Both the position numbers and the translations under genes were made by a program. Positions 23,695-36,523 of a DNA stretch of 64,000 nucleotides are shown here, piece after piece. The notes below the pieces were generated by a model that was given only the letters and a program-made list of their open reading frames with translations, searched no databases and was not told the DNA's origin. Numbering within the stretch: the first letter of the stretch is position 1; every line of letters starts with the position of its first letter. Source of the DNA: Heptranchias perlo (lineage: Eukaryota); assembly GCF_035084215.1 (NCBI RefSeq), contig NC_090352.1, positions 23,126,001 through 23,190,000 of the forward strand. Reading direction: 5' to 3'.

Positions 23695-26300
23695 ATAGGA
23701 ATATAATAAAGAAATATAATCTGAGAGAGAGAGTAATTTAACCAAAGTAAACAAGAGCGTAAACTCGTAGATAGTGTCATTACAGCTTTATACTGCTGTA
23801 CAGTGAAATGATTCATTACGATATCATGGTTGGCCTGCAGGATGAAAGACTGTCGGAAAGGCTTTGGCTCAACTCTACTTAACGGTTGAGAGGGCAATTC
23901 AACAGGCCAGGCAGAGCAAAGCTGTTAAAAAGCAACAGGTGCTAGTTCAAAACTAGCCAGATGGGAAAGCAAATATAGATCCAGGAAGGAATGGGAAAAA
24001 CCTCCCAGCTAAAGTATACTCTGAAGCAAAGCCACAAATAGAGAAAGAAGCCTGGGAATAAACTGAAAGCCAATAATAAGAGTGGACACTTGTCAGCACA
24101 CCCCAGAGATGTGTGTGTAGAAAAAGCTGGTGGCTGCATTACAGAAACCCTCACTACGGTAAACAATCACCATCCTGTTTCTGGTATAACAATTCTTGGG
24201 ACATATATCGCAAGTTCTTAAGATATACATTTAAAGAAGAGAGAACAGTGGAACAAGAAATCTGTTTTGTGAGAGACCTCCTACAAAATCAAGGGGGTAG
24301 AAATTGGACCTCGTTGTGCTCATTTTATGGGCTCAAAACGGGTGCCTAATTTCAGGGATCAATGTTCTGAGCCCCAAGGATGCAGAAATGACGTCCGACC
24401 CAATTTTTTTCAGCTGTCCCTGATGACCACCTAAAACAGGCAATAGGCCCCTTACATAGTGCTCAATGGTAATCATTTGGGAGATAAAAATGGAACTGAG
24501 CAGTTCACCTTCATTGCACGTATTGATCCTGAGAGGGAGACCTCAATGCATTCATCAGATGGCCTTAGTACATTATTGCTAAATTCACAGGAATTACTCT
24601 GGGCTGAATAATTGCATCTCATGAACAATGAGCAACAATGAGTGAAGATAGACATAGATAGAAAGAGGTTTTGGTCACAATGTGGGCATGTGAAAAATTC
24701 AGAAACTATCTAATTAAATTTGTCATATTGAGACTGATCACAAGCCACTCATCATTATTGGGAACTCAAGTTGTGAATTGTCACAGTAAATATAGAGATT
24801 TTGCTTACATCTTATAAGAAAAATAAAATAAGAAAATAAGAAATAGGAGCAGGAGTAGGCCAATCGACCCTTCGAGCCTGCTCCGCCATTCAATAAGATC
24901 ATGGCTGATCTGATCCTAACCTCAAATCTAAATTCATGTCCAATTTCCTGCCTGCTCCCCGTAACCCCTATGAGGTCTCATATCCATGTTCTCATGTGCT
25001 AAAAACACCTGATTATGGCTGATACTCGTCTCATAAGCTGTGGTACCTGGAATGACTAAAACAGTTCAAAGCTCGAGAAAGCTGTGGATGCTTATGGAAA
25101 CCCAATTATCCAGAATCTACCAGCAGGTGAAAAATTGCCCTTACGAAATGGACTGAGCCACAACGTGACAAAGTAAATAGTCTGATTATGGAATGCTGCA
25201 TAGAAGGCAGGAGCAAAGAGAATGAGCTGGATAGCGGATTCAAACCATACTGGCCTGTGAAAAGTGATTTGTTGCTACAAGATGGATAGCTCTTGAGAGG
25301 CACCGAACCAGTGATTATTGTGCCAATGTGACACAAGATTCTGGGGAAAGTCCATAATAGACATCAAGGCATCAGGAAATAGAGCCATGGGATGGTCCGA
25401 CGTTAGTACACAACTCAGGCAAGTTGTTCAGAGCTCTTTCAGATGTTTTGAAGAAAGCACAAATCTGGTCACATTCATGATACCATCTGATCTACCTGAG
25501 TGACTCGGGCACCAAATTGGGTCAGATTTATTTGACTGAAAAGATGGCTCATCTTTTGGTTGTGAACTACTTCTCATGTTTCATGGAGGTAACATGATTG
25601 CCTTGCGTCACACCACAAGATATTGGGGATCATCTGAAATTGATACCTGCATGTCATTAAATACTAGAAGTGGTATTTTCAGAAAATGGACCAGAATTTT
25701 CAGCTCTAGACTTTGATACATTTGCAAAGCAAGAATTAATTTGCTCATTTATGAGCAGCCCCAGGTATCCTCAGAGTAATGGTGAGGCAGAGAGCATTGC
25801 CAACTATCAAAAAATTGTCCACTCAGGAAGTTAAAAGATTCATATTTATACACCATAATATCCTATTAGCCAACTGATAGAGCTCCACAGAACTGTTAAC
25901 AGGCTGACAACCAAGAATAACACCACCAGTGTTCCAGCAAACATAGAAACCATATCTGGGCAGCTTCAAAGAAAGGAAGGAAACATGCAAAACATTTTAA
26001 GTAGGCGACATCAATTTGTGACAAAGAATAATGGAGCTACCAAGACTGAACACTAAGGATCAAGGTTTCATAACAGGAAGCAAAAGAACAGTGATACATG
26101 ATGTATCCACACCTTGACGACACCCAAAAGTTCAGTGTTGCAAGACAGACATCATATTGTGCCTGTCCCAGAGACTGATATTACTGGACACTCTTACACC
26201 ACTACTGCAGGTATTGAAACATCATTTAAAGAGCCAGAGAGGTCAAAATAGGTTGGTAAGTCTAGCCACCCAAAGTGCATGAGAATTGAGGTACTCGCTC
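23695..26300 (+). mobile_element. Decayed Ty3/Gypsy LTR retrotransposon (gag, RNase H, integrase relics)
   Basis: gag-like VGLQDERLSERL...TVERAIQQARQS.AVKKQQ (~23830-23940); RNase H WACEKF and ETDHKPL (~24685-24750); integrase IGSDLF, SENGPEF, SSPRYPQSNGEAE (~25515-25795). Confidence 0.8.
24826..24970 (-). mobile_element. CR1 3' tail inserted in the Gypsy relic
   Basis: ataagaaataggagcaggagtaggcc...ttcgagcctgctccgccattcaataagatcatggctgatc, the reverse complement of CR1 termini in this window. Confidence 0.8.
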
Positions 26301-27766
26301 TTGTTTGGGGAGATTGCCTTTACCACTGAAAAGCTTTCAAACACAAGAAGAAATACTGTATACACTTATATGAGTGTATGATCAGCAAACATACAAAGCA
26401 TATGCTAACCTAAAAATAAATTTGTTTGAAAATGTATGGAATTTTGGAAAGGTATTGATATATACCCCCCAAAGCTAGAGAAATACAAGGATTTCATTAA
26501 ATATTCTTTCAGATAAAGAAGGGTTAAGGATTATTTAGTTACATGGCTATGATAATAAATTATCTATGTTCGGGGCCACGGAGAGTGAAAGGGTTGCTAC
26601 TTTAGATAGCAGGGAATTAGGGAGCATTGTCATCTCTGTCAATTAAAGTTTTCTTGTTTGCTACTCCATGTCTGAGTCTGATAAAATCCACAACACCACA
26701 GGTTCAATTTGGGTTTCAACTGTAGCTTTGGCATTTATTTCTACCAGCGACTGAGAGAGTTGAAAATTGTACAAAGGAAAAGGAAAGTACACTAACCTGA
26801 CTCTAAAGAGATACACTGAGGAAAGAAACTAGTCATGGAACAGAGAATGCTGAAGGCTAATTGTAAGTTTGAACAGCAGTGGGAAAATAGTCATTCATTG
26901 CATGGAAAAATCAATAGTTGTCTGTGTTACAAAGCAAGCACTCCAGAGAAGTCTCTGAGGTGGGTGCGCTGCCAAATACTAAACTTGGGCGTCAGCTTTT
27001 GCTTAGTGTGGACCAGCTAAATTGATTTACGAAGGAAGAGACAATGGCAATTAAAATCGAAGGAAAAATTGGCAGAGATCGAGACCTAAAAAAGGTAAGT
27101 GCCTGGGGGCCCAGATTGGAGGGAAACAAAGTCTCTAGAAAGCCCTCTCTCATTTGCAGACATTGGGGACATTAGTGCTGCTACACTGGGCTTACCAGAA
27201 CCTTCCACCAGGCTGTTCTGGGGAGTGATGGTCACAGGATAGATGGGAGGGAAATGAGATGGGATGCCAGGCTTTGGCCCCCCTCTGCCTCCACTGCCAA
27301 GGGTGACAAGCGAAGGGTGGGGAAGGAGCAGCCAACCATGGTCCCCGGTGGGGGGGGGGGGGGGAAAGAGAAATTGGAGTGGGATTGCAGCGGTAGGTCT
27401 TACTGCCCAACTTTTCCCTCTTTACAGCTCACAAAATCCAGCCCACATTCTGTAGTATTAAGGATAGGAAAACTATTCTGTTTTGGACAAAAAGAATTTC
27501 AGGGCTAATATATCTTTTTGCATGGCATTATATTTTGATAAAAGAAACAATTGGTCCCAGCTTCTCATTCATGCTGCTTTCCAGCTTCTTACTAATTCTA
27601 CTCACAGAGATAATTTAGGCCGAGTGTGGTAATTAATTCCAATTGTAGTAAATTATGTTCTGGAATTTACATAGAGTCCTCACTACATCTTCAGTCTGTT
27701 CAAATATGGAAACATCAGACTCAGAATTAGGCCAGTGTAGACTAATAGATCAACATAGACAAGGCA

Positions 27767-28088
27767 TCAGCCATGGCTCAGTGGTAGCACTCTTGCCTCT
27801 AAGCCATGAGGTTGTGAGTTCAAGTCCCATTCCAGAGACTTGAGCACATAATCTTTAGTGCACTGAGGGAGTGCTGCACTGTTGGAGGTGCCGTCTTTCA
27901 GATGAGATGTTAAACTGACGTCCCATCTGCCCTCTCAGGTGGATGTAAAATATTCCACGGCACTATTTGAAAAAGAGCATGGGAGTTCTCCCCAGTCCTG
28001 GCTAATATTTATCTCCCAACCAATATCACTAAAACATATGGTCTGATCATTATCGCATTGCTGTTTGTGGAACTTTGCTGTATGCAAA
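27767..28088 (+). mobile_element. tRNA-derived Deu-domain-type SINE, head and core
   Basis: A box TGGCTCAGTGG, B box GTTCAAGTCC; core matches the 23250-23682 copy. Confidence 0.8.
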
Positions 28089-28096
28089 TAGATTTC

Positions 28097-28448
28097 TTCG
28101 CCCCTCCCTATCTCTGTAACCTCCTCCAGCCCTCCAGCCTTCCGAGATCTCTGCGCTCCTCCATCTGGCCTCTTGCGCATCCCCGATTTTCATTGCTGCA
28201 CCATTGGCGACCATGCCTTCAGCTGCCTAGGCCCTAAGCTCTGGAATTCCCTCCCTAAACCTCTCTTCCTCTCTCTCCTCCTTTATGATACTGCTTAAAC
28301 CCTACCTCTTTGACCAAGCTTTTGGTCACCTGTTCTAATATCTTCTTACATGGCTCAGTGTCAAATTTTGTTTGATAATTGCTCCTGTGAAGCGCCTTGG
28401 GATGTTTTACTAAGTTAAAGGCGCTATGTAAATGCAAGTTGATGTTGT
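28097..28448 (+). mobile_element. L2 LINE 3' end
   Basis: ctctggaattccctccctaaacc...aaaggcgctatgtaaatgcaagttg. Confidence 0.85.
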
Positions 28449-28562
28449 AAATTGTGCCAATTAATTCAGCATAGCTTCAATCTGCTGATTCATAGTCCAA
28501 ACTTGGGGAAGGAACTCCTGGAGACATATCTTTGGTTGATTTGGATCGGAATTTTACATATT

Positions 28563-29365
28563 GGGCCAGAAATCACGCAGAGCGACGAGGCAACATTAAC
28601 TGCAGCGCCTGCAAATTAAATTAACAAAATACTTACTGTGGGCTCTGTGGCATCGAATTGCTTGAACTTTGAACTTAAAAAGAAATGTGCGCTATCAACC
28701 CAGCCTCTGAGCAGTGCGAGTTGCCGTGCGGCTGGAAACGTCTGTGGGGAGAAGACACGCCCACAAAATCTGTCAGGAAGAGAAGTCATGCCCACAGAAT
28801 CAGGCTGCATTGCTCAAGCAGGCAAGCAGACTTCATTCATTTAAAGTTAGTATTCTGTAAGTCATTGTAAATAAAAATTTTAATTTTTTTTAATACACAA
28901 AGAAATAATTGAATTAAATTAAAGAGACAGAAGGGAAAATATTTTTAAAATTAATGTAATTAAAAAATTTTTAATGAACAAAAATTATTAAAATAAGGAG
29001 TAATATGAGACTCCACATTTTTAAAAGTTAATTTTTAGTTGTTTGGCAGTCATTAAGACTTACCGTGCTGTTAAAACTTAGTTTAGACCTGTATTTTTAA
29101 GTGTACCTGTTTGGTGGCAAAATTAGTTACTTTCCAGCTGGGCAGATAAGCACGTTTGCACTTTTTCAATGATTTCTCTGATTGCAGCATGCGATGTCCC
29201 TTTAATTTGAAGCTGTCATATCGCCGGCAAACCACTAGGAGCAAGTTCCAGATTTCCGCATTTCACTGCGCATTTGCAAACGCGGGAGCTTGCTCCTTCA
29301 ATTCGCCACTAATAACGGAGAACGCTGATGAGCTCCTCCTTTATTTCAGGAGCGATTTCTGGCCC
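28563..29365. mobile_element. MITE (~800 bp) with 12-bp perfect TIRs
   Basis: GGGCCAGAAATC (28563-28574) / GATTTCTGGCCC (29354-29365); GC-rich arms, AT-rich centre. Confidence 0.7.
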
Positions 29366-29736
29366 CATGGTTTTTGTGTTAACAATGTGCTTTGTTTCAC
29401 CATGGACCTCTAATTTTAAGCATTTTGTTCTTGAACTTTCGCTTCAGCATAGCGGTACTTTAAAATATCGCTTTGGAACTATATTCTCAGGCTAAATTGC
29501 TTATTCATTAATGAAGGAAAACAAACTCAGGGCTGCATTTCATAAATATATAAATCAGTTGCAATCCATGTTTAGCGCACAAGCTCAATAAATATTAATG
29601 TAACAATAATATTGGTCGGGGGAAAATGCCTTGCTGTCCAAACACTTATTTTATTACTCAATTAAGGTTTAAGATTTCAATGAAATTCCTAGAACATGCC
29701 ATTAAATATCTTACCCTTAAGAATTCCTTTAAGGTC

Positions 29737-30341
29737 TAGAATACAAAGAGGTGGAAGTTATGTTGCAGTTGTACAGAGCTCTGGTTTGACCCCATCTGGA
29801 GTACTGCATTCAGTTCTAGGCACTACATCTCAGGAAGGATATATTGGCCTTGGAGGGGGTAATGCGCAGATTCACCAGAATGATACTGGGGCTAAAATGG
29901 TTAAATAAAGAGGACAGGTTGCACAGACTAGGCTCATATTCTCATGAATATAGAAGATTAGGGTGATCTAATTGAGGTGTTTAAGATGATTAAAGGATTT
30001 GATAGGGTAGATAGAGAGAAACATTTCCTCTGGTGGGACAGTCCAGAACAAGGGGGCATAACCTTCAAATTAGAGCTAGGCCATTCAGGAGTGACGTCAG
30101 AGAGCACTGCTTCACACAAAGGGTAGTGGAAATCTGGAACTCTCTCCCCCAAAAAGCTGTTCAGGCTGGGGGTCAATTGAAAATTTCAAATCTGAGATTG
30201 ATAGATTTTTTTAGGGAAGGGTATTAAGGATTATGGAACCAAGGCGGGTAGATGGAGTTAAGATACAGATCAGCCATGATCTAATTGAATGGCAGAACAG
30301 GCTCGTGGGGCTGAATGGCCTACACCTGTTCCTATGTTCAT
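29737..30341 (+). mobile_element. CR1 3' fragment
   Basis: PHLEYCIQF, TRGHNLQIRARPFR...FTQRVVEIWNSLP; CR1 tail. Confidence 0.9.
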
Positions 30342-31429
30342 ACGACATTAAACTTTAAGTTTATTATAAGATCAAATCCCTCCTCCGTGTGTAGTGATAG
30401 AGCTGGAGCACGCGAGCCCCAAGCACAGCAGTCTGCATGCGTCTATGCCTGGTTAAGCTGATGTTAAATGGTTATCTTCAATATAGGCAACCTGCTGAGC
30501 GATTGAATACTTTACTGATTCTGAATCCTCCAGCGTCATTCTGTAATGGTCTAAGTAGCAGCGGCGATCAAAATAGCATTAATTCAGCAAATTTGCGATC
30601 GCCATTGATTTTGATGAGGGCGGAGCGATTATAACTGTCTAGGCAAGAGGATCTGCAGAGCGGGTCTAAAGTCCCAGGACATTATGGCACACGTAAGTAA
30701 TGGCATAAATCATTCAAACCATAATTTCCTCGAATGTCTGCACTGTAACAATGGCGTATGCCATAGATAATGGTGCAAGTTTTCAGGAAAGTACGGGCCT
30801 AGTATATATTGCACCACTATTGGGGAAGTCTTTATCTTTAAATACCTCCTAGACTAATAAAAAATGCTCTTGTGCTTGCAGGGGATGAGGTGTAGTTTGG
30901 CATCTCAATCAGATCAATATTTGAGAAAGATTCATCTCTTCTATCCTCATCCAGAATAGAATATTTTAATGATGCACATCAAAAGTCACCACTAATTTGT
31001 CTCAAAACTATGGAAAACCCTCAACGAATATTATGTCAGTCTTGCTTACAGTATATGAGTTTTGAAATCTTTTGGCCAGGAACTGCATAGCTAATAGCCA
31101 AAAAGGTCTCAAAGCTAATATGGACTTGAACAGATGGATAGGCATCTGCAACACAATTATATTGGCAGCAGGGAATTCATGCCTCTGTTTTAATACAAAT
31201 GACGATCCTAAAAGGCAGTACATTATCCATTAGACCTTTACATAAAAATCTTAAACTCAGATGGCTTTTGCTATGGATAAGCCTCATCTGCATCTTATAT
31301 GGGAATATGCTAAATGTGTCCTATTTTTCAATTTAACATATTTTCATGACACACATCCCAGCTTCTGGTTCTTTGGGAAGATTAATTCTATGATACGATT
31401 GCTGTTTATCTTTAACCATTGTCTACTGC

Positions 31430-32230
31430 CCTCCTAAGTCTCATGACAATTTATTTGCCGAGTTCTTCTTCCTTTCTCCTCCCAAAACTATCTCTGAACA
31501 TTTACTCATATCCCTTACCATCCACATCTCCCTAGCTACCTCTAACCCCACTACCCTAACCCTCTGGTATCCCCTGCCCCCACATGATACCCTTACCAAC
31601 TCAATCAACTCCTTCTCCTCTGGTCCTTCACTCATCACAATACAACTACTGCTGTTGATTTGCTCAACAAACTCATTGTTTCCTTCTTCAATATTCTCAT
31701 CCCCACCAATTCACACCTTTTTGGTACAGTTATCACTTTTGCAACCCAAAGTCTGAAGGCCGCAGACCTGAATGTACCTGGAGTGCAACTCATCTTATCA
31801 TCTACTGCCTGACCTGGCTCGACCACGTCAAGCATTACCGGGTCTTCCTCTCCTCAGCCAAATTATCCCACTACTCCAAGATCATCCTGGAAGATGGACA
31901 CAAGTCATGACTCCTTTCCCTAACAGCAAACCAGCTCCTCAAAACCCTTCACACACCCCTTGCACTTCACCAAATGTGAGGAGTTCTTTGTCTCTAAAAC
32001 AAAACTGTGTTTCAGCCTCTACCTTCACCTATTCTAATCCACTGACAACGCCCAATCCTCTCCCCATCAGATTTCCAGTCACTCAACTACCTTTGATGGC
32101 ATCTATGCTTATTGACATTGTAACCAGCTCCCTTTTTCTCACTCCTTTTGTCTACTTTTCCCATAAGTCTGTCCCTCATTCTGTTTCCTCTCTCTTCTAT
32201 ATGTTTCTCATTGTGTCAGGATGCCTCCCA
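31430..32230 (+). mobile_element. Decayed L2 internal fragment
   Basis: C/T-rich strand bias; WLDHVKHYRV.LSSAK..HYSKIILE, shared with 41040-41130. Confidence 0.6.
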
Positions 32231-32949
32231 CAAATTTACTGATTTACTGAATTTGTGCCTTTTACACTTTTTAAAGTCTTGGGCAAACAGCAAGAAGAGA
32301 GCCAAAATGTACATGCTGATCATTTGGACTAGATGGGAACAGACTGCCTGGGAGGTTTCTGTGCTATACATTGTTTTTAATTCTTTGTAACTTAAAGTGG
32401 AAAATTACTTGGAATAAGGGATTCTTTAACAATAAAACATAAATGTTTTGAACACTGCACCAAAAAGAATTCCTACACTTTAATGTTATTTTATTACTGG
32501 GAGCGTCATTCCAACGTTAAATAAGCATAGCTGGTGCCAAGTATATTTTACACATTTATCAATATTCAGTGCAGACCATACATCATTTTATTTCTTGCTT
32601 GTGCTGCCATTTTTGCAACTTTGCTGACAACACTCATTTATTTTTATTGAACTCAAATTTATTACATGAATTCAGTGACACCAGGGTACAATTTTGACAC
32701 AGCAGATGGAAGGTGCTGGAGAAAATGGCACGCAATATGATTAAAAAGAAAAGAAATATCAGTTTAACAACACCACAATTATTTTTCATTTGATTGCATG
32801 AACATTTTGCACCCTTGCCATCACAATATTTAAGACTAATTTAGCAGATTACAAATAATTGCAGCGTCAAATGAATGGTATGATTTCTATGGGAGACAAG
32901 AGGTTATGACAAAACATAGCTGTGCCAGGGAGAAGCACTGACAATGGTC

Positions 32950-33207
32950 TCTTCCCTATCTCCGATTTTCATCATTCTACTATTCAGCTGGCTAGGCCCT
33001 AGGCCTTCCCTAAACATTTCCACCTCTCTACCTCTCCTTCTTCAAGTCGCTCCTTAAAACCTATCTCTTTGACCAAGCTTTTGGTCACCTGTCCTAATAT
33101 CTCCTAGCGGCTCGGTTTCAAATTTTGTTCGATAATCGCTCCTGTGATGTACCTTGGGACCTTTTTACTACGTTAAAGGCACTATATAAATGCAAGTTGT
33201 TGTTGTT
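32950..33207 (+). mobile_element. L2 LINE 3' tail
   Basis: Matches the other L2 tails; ends tatataaatgcaagttgttgttgtt. Confidence 0.85.
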
Positions 33208-33334
33208 CTTCCACCTTGTTTTTGACTTTGGTCAGTAGAATAGTTTAAAGCGGTTCCGTCACATTTCATCTCTTCACCTTCATCGTCTGGGCAGTAACCT
33301 GGTGCAGCAAATCGGCCACCCACTGTAGAACCTG

Positions 33335-33504
33335 GGGTAGAAATTTGTCTTGGGTGATAGTGTCGCATCAGCCGCCTGTTTCAAGCCCGGCCCGAAATTC
33401 GGTTGAATTGCCTTCAACAGAACCGAATTTCCGGTGGGGCCTATAACAGGCGGCTGATCCGATACTGTCCGTTTCGCACTATCGCCCAACGTGAATTTCT
33501 ACCG
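33335..33504. mobile_element. Palindromic Harbinger-type MITE
   Basis: GGTAGAAATT/AATTTCTACC termini, nested inverted blocks, CTG on both flanks (33332-33334, 33505-33507). Confidence 0.75.
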
Positions 33505-35572
33505 CTGCCTGTCTGATTTTCATTCCATTGGCTCAGTAGGATAGAAATCGGGCAGGTTCCACAGCAGGTGGGCAATCCACTCCACCAGATTACTGCCCAG
33601 GCGGTCACGGTGCAAATCACGCCCATAGATTCTGTGTGATGTACACTGCGGCTTAAGCTCTACATGTCATTTATTAATAAATTACCTGCAAAAGGTCCTT
33701 CTGCAGGAACTTATACAAGTCCGCAAATTACGTTGTACAATATTGCTGTGGAAACATCTCGTTTGTCTTCAACTTTAAGATGCCAACCCATTTATTTTAA
33801 GCTTAAAGTGTTTGTAAAGTAACATTACAGAGTGTGGTTTCCAAACTCTAATTGTAATTTTAAGAGGGTGTTTAATGTTCAACTTTTGATGACATCCCTT
33901 GGCCCCAAGCTTATTTTGAGAGGAGGCGAAAAATTGTGAAAGCTACTTTTTCCCTTCTTTTGTTTGTTTTCAACAGAAGAACCTGGATGTGTTTTATATA
34001 TCTAAAATATAATGAACAACATACAAGCGTAAAAAGGGCACAACGAAGCCCAATTTCGGGGACCAACGTCCCACATCCCAAAGGAACCTGAAAGTAGTCC
34101 GGCCTGATAATGGGTCCAGCCAATTTTCAGGTGACCCTGGAGGCCGATTAAACCAGTCATCAGGCTTCTTATATATGTAAATGAGGGGCCTAGGATCCTC
34201 TCTACTAAACTAGACATCGCAGAGGTGACCAGGAGCCATGCCTGCTGCACTTGGGATTCTTCCGTCACTAAAAGGTTAGGTTGTTAAAGAAGTTTTAAAA
34301 AAAAAAAATGTTCTTCTGGGGTCAGCAGACAGGAGTGCTCCCCCGACTCCGCAATATCCTGATTGCTCCCATTGTCTGTTGACCCACCCTTCCAGGATGA
34401 ACATTCTGGCCTTTGCCTGGTGAGGCAAGTGGCCCAAAATTCATCTTTTTAAAATGAGTGAGCTGCCTGTGGAAAGGCGACAGGTGCCGGTAGCTCACCC
34501 AGATAATGATAATGAGGCCCAAGGCCCAATTTCAAGCCGGTTTCAGGCCTGCGGTTAGGGAGCATGCTCCGTGCATGATGCCCATTTAAGGCCCAAAAAC
34601 CATTACAACAGTGACTACACTTCAGAAGTACTTAATTGGCTGTAAAACACTTTGGGACTTCATGAGGTTGTAAAAGGCGCTATATAGTCTTTTCCTTTCT
34701 CCTTTCCTGCGGAAATAAGAAATAGGGGCGTGGAGCTGGGAGGACATCAATGTTGCTTATAGCCTTTGTGCCATCTTGGATTACTGGAGTATGCAGGGTT
34801 TGGGGGAGGGAACGTAATTACCATGAGGCCGACAGGCATTCGCACCATTGTGGGCGCATCCCGAGCACTCACCTGCCCCAAGTTCTCCGAAAATCTGGCT
34901 TCTGCGGCCAAGTCCGGGGAATGTCAGGGACTCCCTGGAAACAATGTAGATCAGCTCCAAGTGGGGGCCCACAGCAACCATAGGAAAATAACTATCTTGC
35001 CAGAAATCTTCAGATGCCCAGGCTGATTCCAAAGCCTTCAAAGTTACACTGGGTGTGTGCGAGGCCAAGAGCCGAGGAACTCCCAGAGTAGAGATTCCCA
35101 CCTCGAGCCCCAACCCCATCTGACATGGGTGCCCTTGCACAATAGATGAAAAATCTAGAGTAGGAAGACTAGAAAAGACCCAAAAACACAACAACAATTC
35201 GAGTACTGATCTATCACTCATTGCAGATTGCATTGTCTCCAGGTTGAGAGGGAAAACAAAAAATCAGAAATCAGTCGAGTTTTCCAATCCTAATTGCTAA
35301 TCTAGTGGCCCTGTAGAAAAGTGCATGAACATCAGATAAAGACAGAATTGAGCTTGGCTGTGAAGCTCCCACTATCACCAAGGAAGAGGTAAGTGATTGG
35401 CTGGTGAGTATTTTCCTGCTGAATTTGTCTAAGGTTAGAGTTTGTGGATTCTCTGGTCTCTGTTGTGTAGTGGGGGACTGCTGTTCAGCAAGGGCCCTTG
35501 AGTATACCTTTTTAATTGAAGTGAAATTGGTGGGATTCATTTAATTTGAATTAATTAGTTAAAGGGTAAGTC

Positions 35573-36523
35573 ATGTCAGGACAGCCCAGCCCCGTGTTAT
35601 GCTCTTCCTGTTCTATGTGGGAAATCAGGGACCCTTCTGGTGTCCCTGACGACCATGTGTGCGGGAAATGTATCCAGCTGCAGCTACTGACAAACCGCAT
35701 TGCGGCACTGGAGCTGCGGATGGATTCATTAAGGAGCATTCGCGATGCTGAGAACGTCGTGGATAGCACGTTTAGTGAGATGGTCACACCGCAGGTAAAG
35801 GTTGTACAGGCAGGAAGTAATTGGGTGACCACCAGGCAGAGTAAGAAGAGCAGGCAGGCAGTGCAGGGGTCCCCTGTGGCCGTCCCCCTCTCAAACAAAT
35901 ATACCGCTTTGGATATTGTTGAGGGGGATGACTTATCAGGGGAAGGCAGCAGCAGCCAACTTCCTGGCACCAGGGGTAGCTCTGCTGCACAGGCTGGGAG
36001 GAAAAAGAGTGGAAGAGCTATAGTGGTTGGGGATTCTATCGTAAGGGGAACAGACAGGCGTTTCTGTGGCCGTAAACGTGACTCCAGGATGGTTTGTTGC
36101 CTCCCTGGTGCCAGGGTCATGGATGTCACTGAGCGGCTACAGGGCATTCTCAAGGGGGAGGGTGAGCAGGCAGAGGTCGTGGTCCACATTGGGACCAACG
36201 ACATAGGTAGGAAGGGAGATGAGGTCCTGCATCAAGAATTTAGGGAGCTAGGTAGCAGATTAAAGAGCAGGACCTCAAAGGTTGTAATCTCTGGATTACT
36301 CCCAGTGCCACGGGCTAGTGAGTATAGAAATAGGAGGATAGAACAGATGAATGCGTGGCTAAAGAGTTGGTGCAGGAGGGAGGGTTTCAGTTTCCTGGAT
36401 CACTGGGCCTGCTTCTGGGGAAGGTGGGACTTGTACAAGTCGGACGGGTTGCACCTGAACCAGAGCGGGACAAATATCCTTGCGGGGAGGTTTGCAAGCA
36501 CTGTTGGGGGGGGTTTAAACTAA
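35573..36523 (+). CDS. CR1 ORF1p: N-terminal CxxC..CxxC zinc finger, coiled coil, SGNH esterase domain
   Basis: CSSC...CGKC; VVGDSIVR, VHIGTND, DGLHLN blocks; uninterrupted 316 aa. Confidence 0.9.
   Translation: MSGQPSPVLCSSCSMWEIRDPSGVPDDHVCGKCIQLQLLTNRIAALELRMDSLRSIRDAENVVDSTFSEMVTPQVKVVQAGSNWVTTRQSKKSRQAVQGSPVAVPLSNKYTALDIVEGDDLSGEGSSSQLPGTRGSSAAQAGRKKSGRAIVVGDSIVRGTDRRFCGRKRDSRMVCCLPGARVMDVTERLQGILKGEGEQAEVVVHIGTNDIGRKGDEVLHQEFRELGSRLKSRTSKVVISGLLPVPRASEYRNRRIEQMNAWLKSWCRREGFSFLDHWACFWGRWDLYKSDGLHLNQSGTNILAGRFASTVGGGLN

Noticed and set aside
33945-34060. Strong-looking splice acceptor (pyrimidine tract + CAG)
   Set aside because: No recognisable peptide or convincing donor downstream; runs into MITE-like sequence.
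35551-36204. 217-aa minus-strand ORF
   Set aside because: Antisense of CR1 ORF1.
36355-36513. Track start of the 782-aa ORF
   Set aside because: GTG codon inside ORF1; the peptide is an alternate-frame read of ORF1, not a credible initiation site.
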